Below are positions 26,976 through 27,048 of a stretch of 27,048 bases of DNA, in pieces. This DNA comes from Nitrospirota bacterium. Its GTDB lineage: Bacteria; JACPQY01. The stretch lies in the NCBI GenBank assembly GCA_016180645.1, contig JACPAV010000013.1:62001-89048 (forward strand), in the 5' to 3' direction. Numbering within the stretch: position 1 is the stretch's first letter; the number at the start of each line of letters is the position of its first letter. The notes under the pieces were generated by a model, which was not told where the DNA came from, made no database searches, and worked only from the letters and a program-made list of their open reading frames with translations. The position numbers were made by a program, and so were the translations under genes.

Positions 26976-27048
26976 GAATCGGCATTCTGTCAGAGGCTCT
27001 AAGCTCGACTTTTTCCATTCTTGAGCGGTGTCTGAAGATACCTTATGG

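Noticed and set aside
26402..27018. Small ORFs 26402-26740 (-), 26502-26795 (+) and 26806-27018 (-)
   Set aside because: They read through the REP repeats and the galT promoter; the repetitive peptides come from the DNA repeats
26999..27048. 3' end of a minus-strand gene entering from the right edge (…IRYLQTPLKNGKSRA-stop)
   Set aside because: Only about 15 codons are visible and another frame is also open, so it cannot be supported

Overview
GC-rich bacterial chromosomal window, mostly housekeeping and envelope genes, probably from a diderm organism. The ftsH-folP-cdaA-cdaR order and the A2M-PbpC pair resemble 'deltaproteobacterial' lineages, which is an inference. In order: 5' end of a probable acyl-CoA dehydrogenase (-); a stand-alone nuoJKLMN block with its own promoter (+); a DUF2914 / alpha-2-macroglobulin / PBP1C operon (-); an AAA+ DUF4143 ATPase with an operator-like palindrome over its promoter (-); an orphan molybdopterin oxidoreductase (-); a tandem-CBS protein (-) divergent from ftsH-folP-cdaA-cdaR and a galactose-mutarotase-like gene (+); galT-galK (-); and a mosaic non-coding end with a possible IS terminus and a tandem array of GTAG-type REP hairpins. 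I cannot show a wholly new system from sequence alone. The best leads are the nested, covarying REP array, repeated leaderless promoter architecture, the apparently autoregulated AAA-DUF4143 gene, the CBS protein beside the c-di-AMP synthase operon, the mutarotase-like gene in the usual glmM slot, and DUF2914 as a third A2M-PbpC component.
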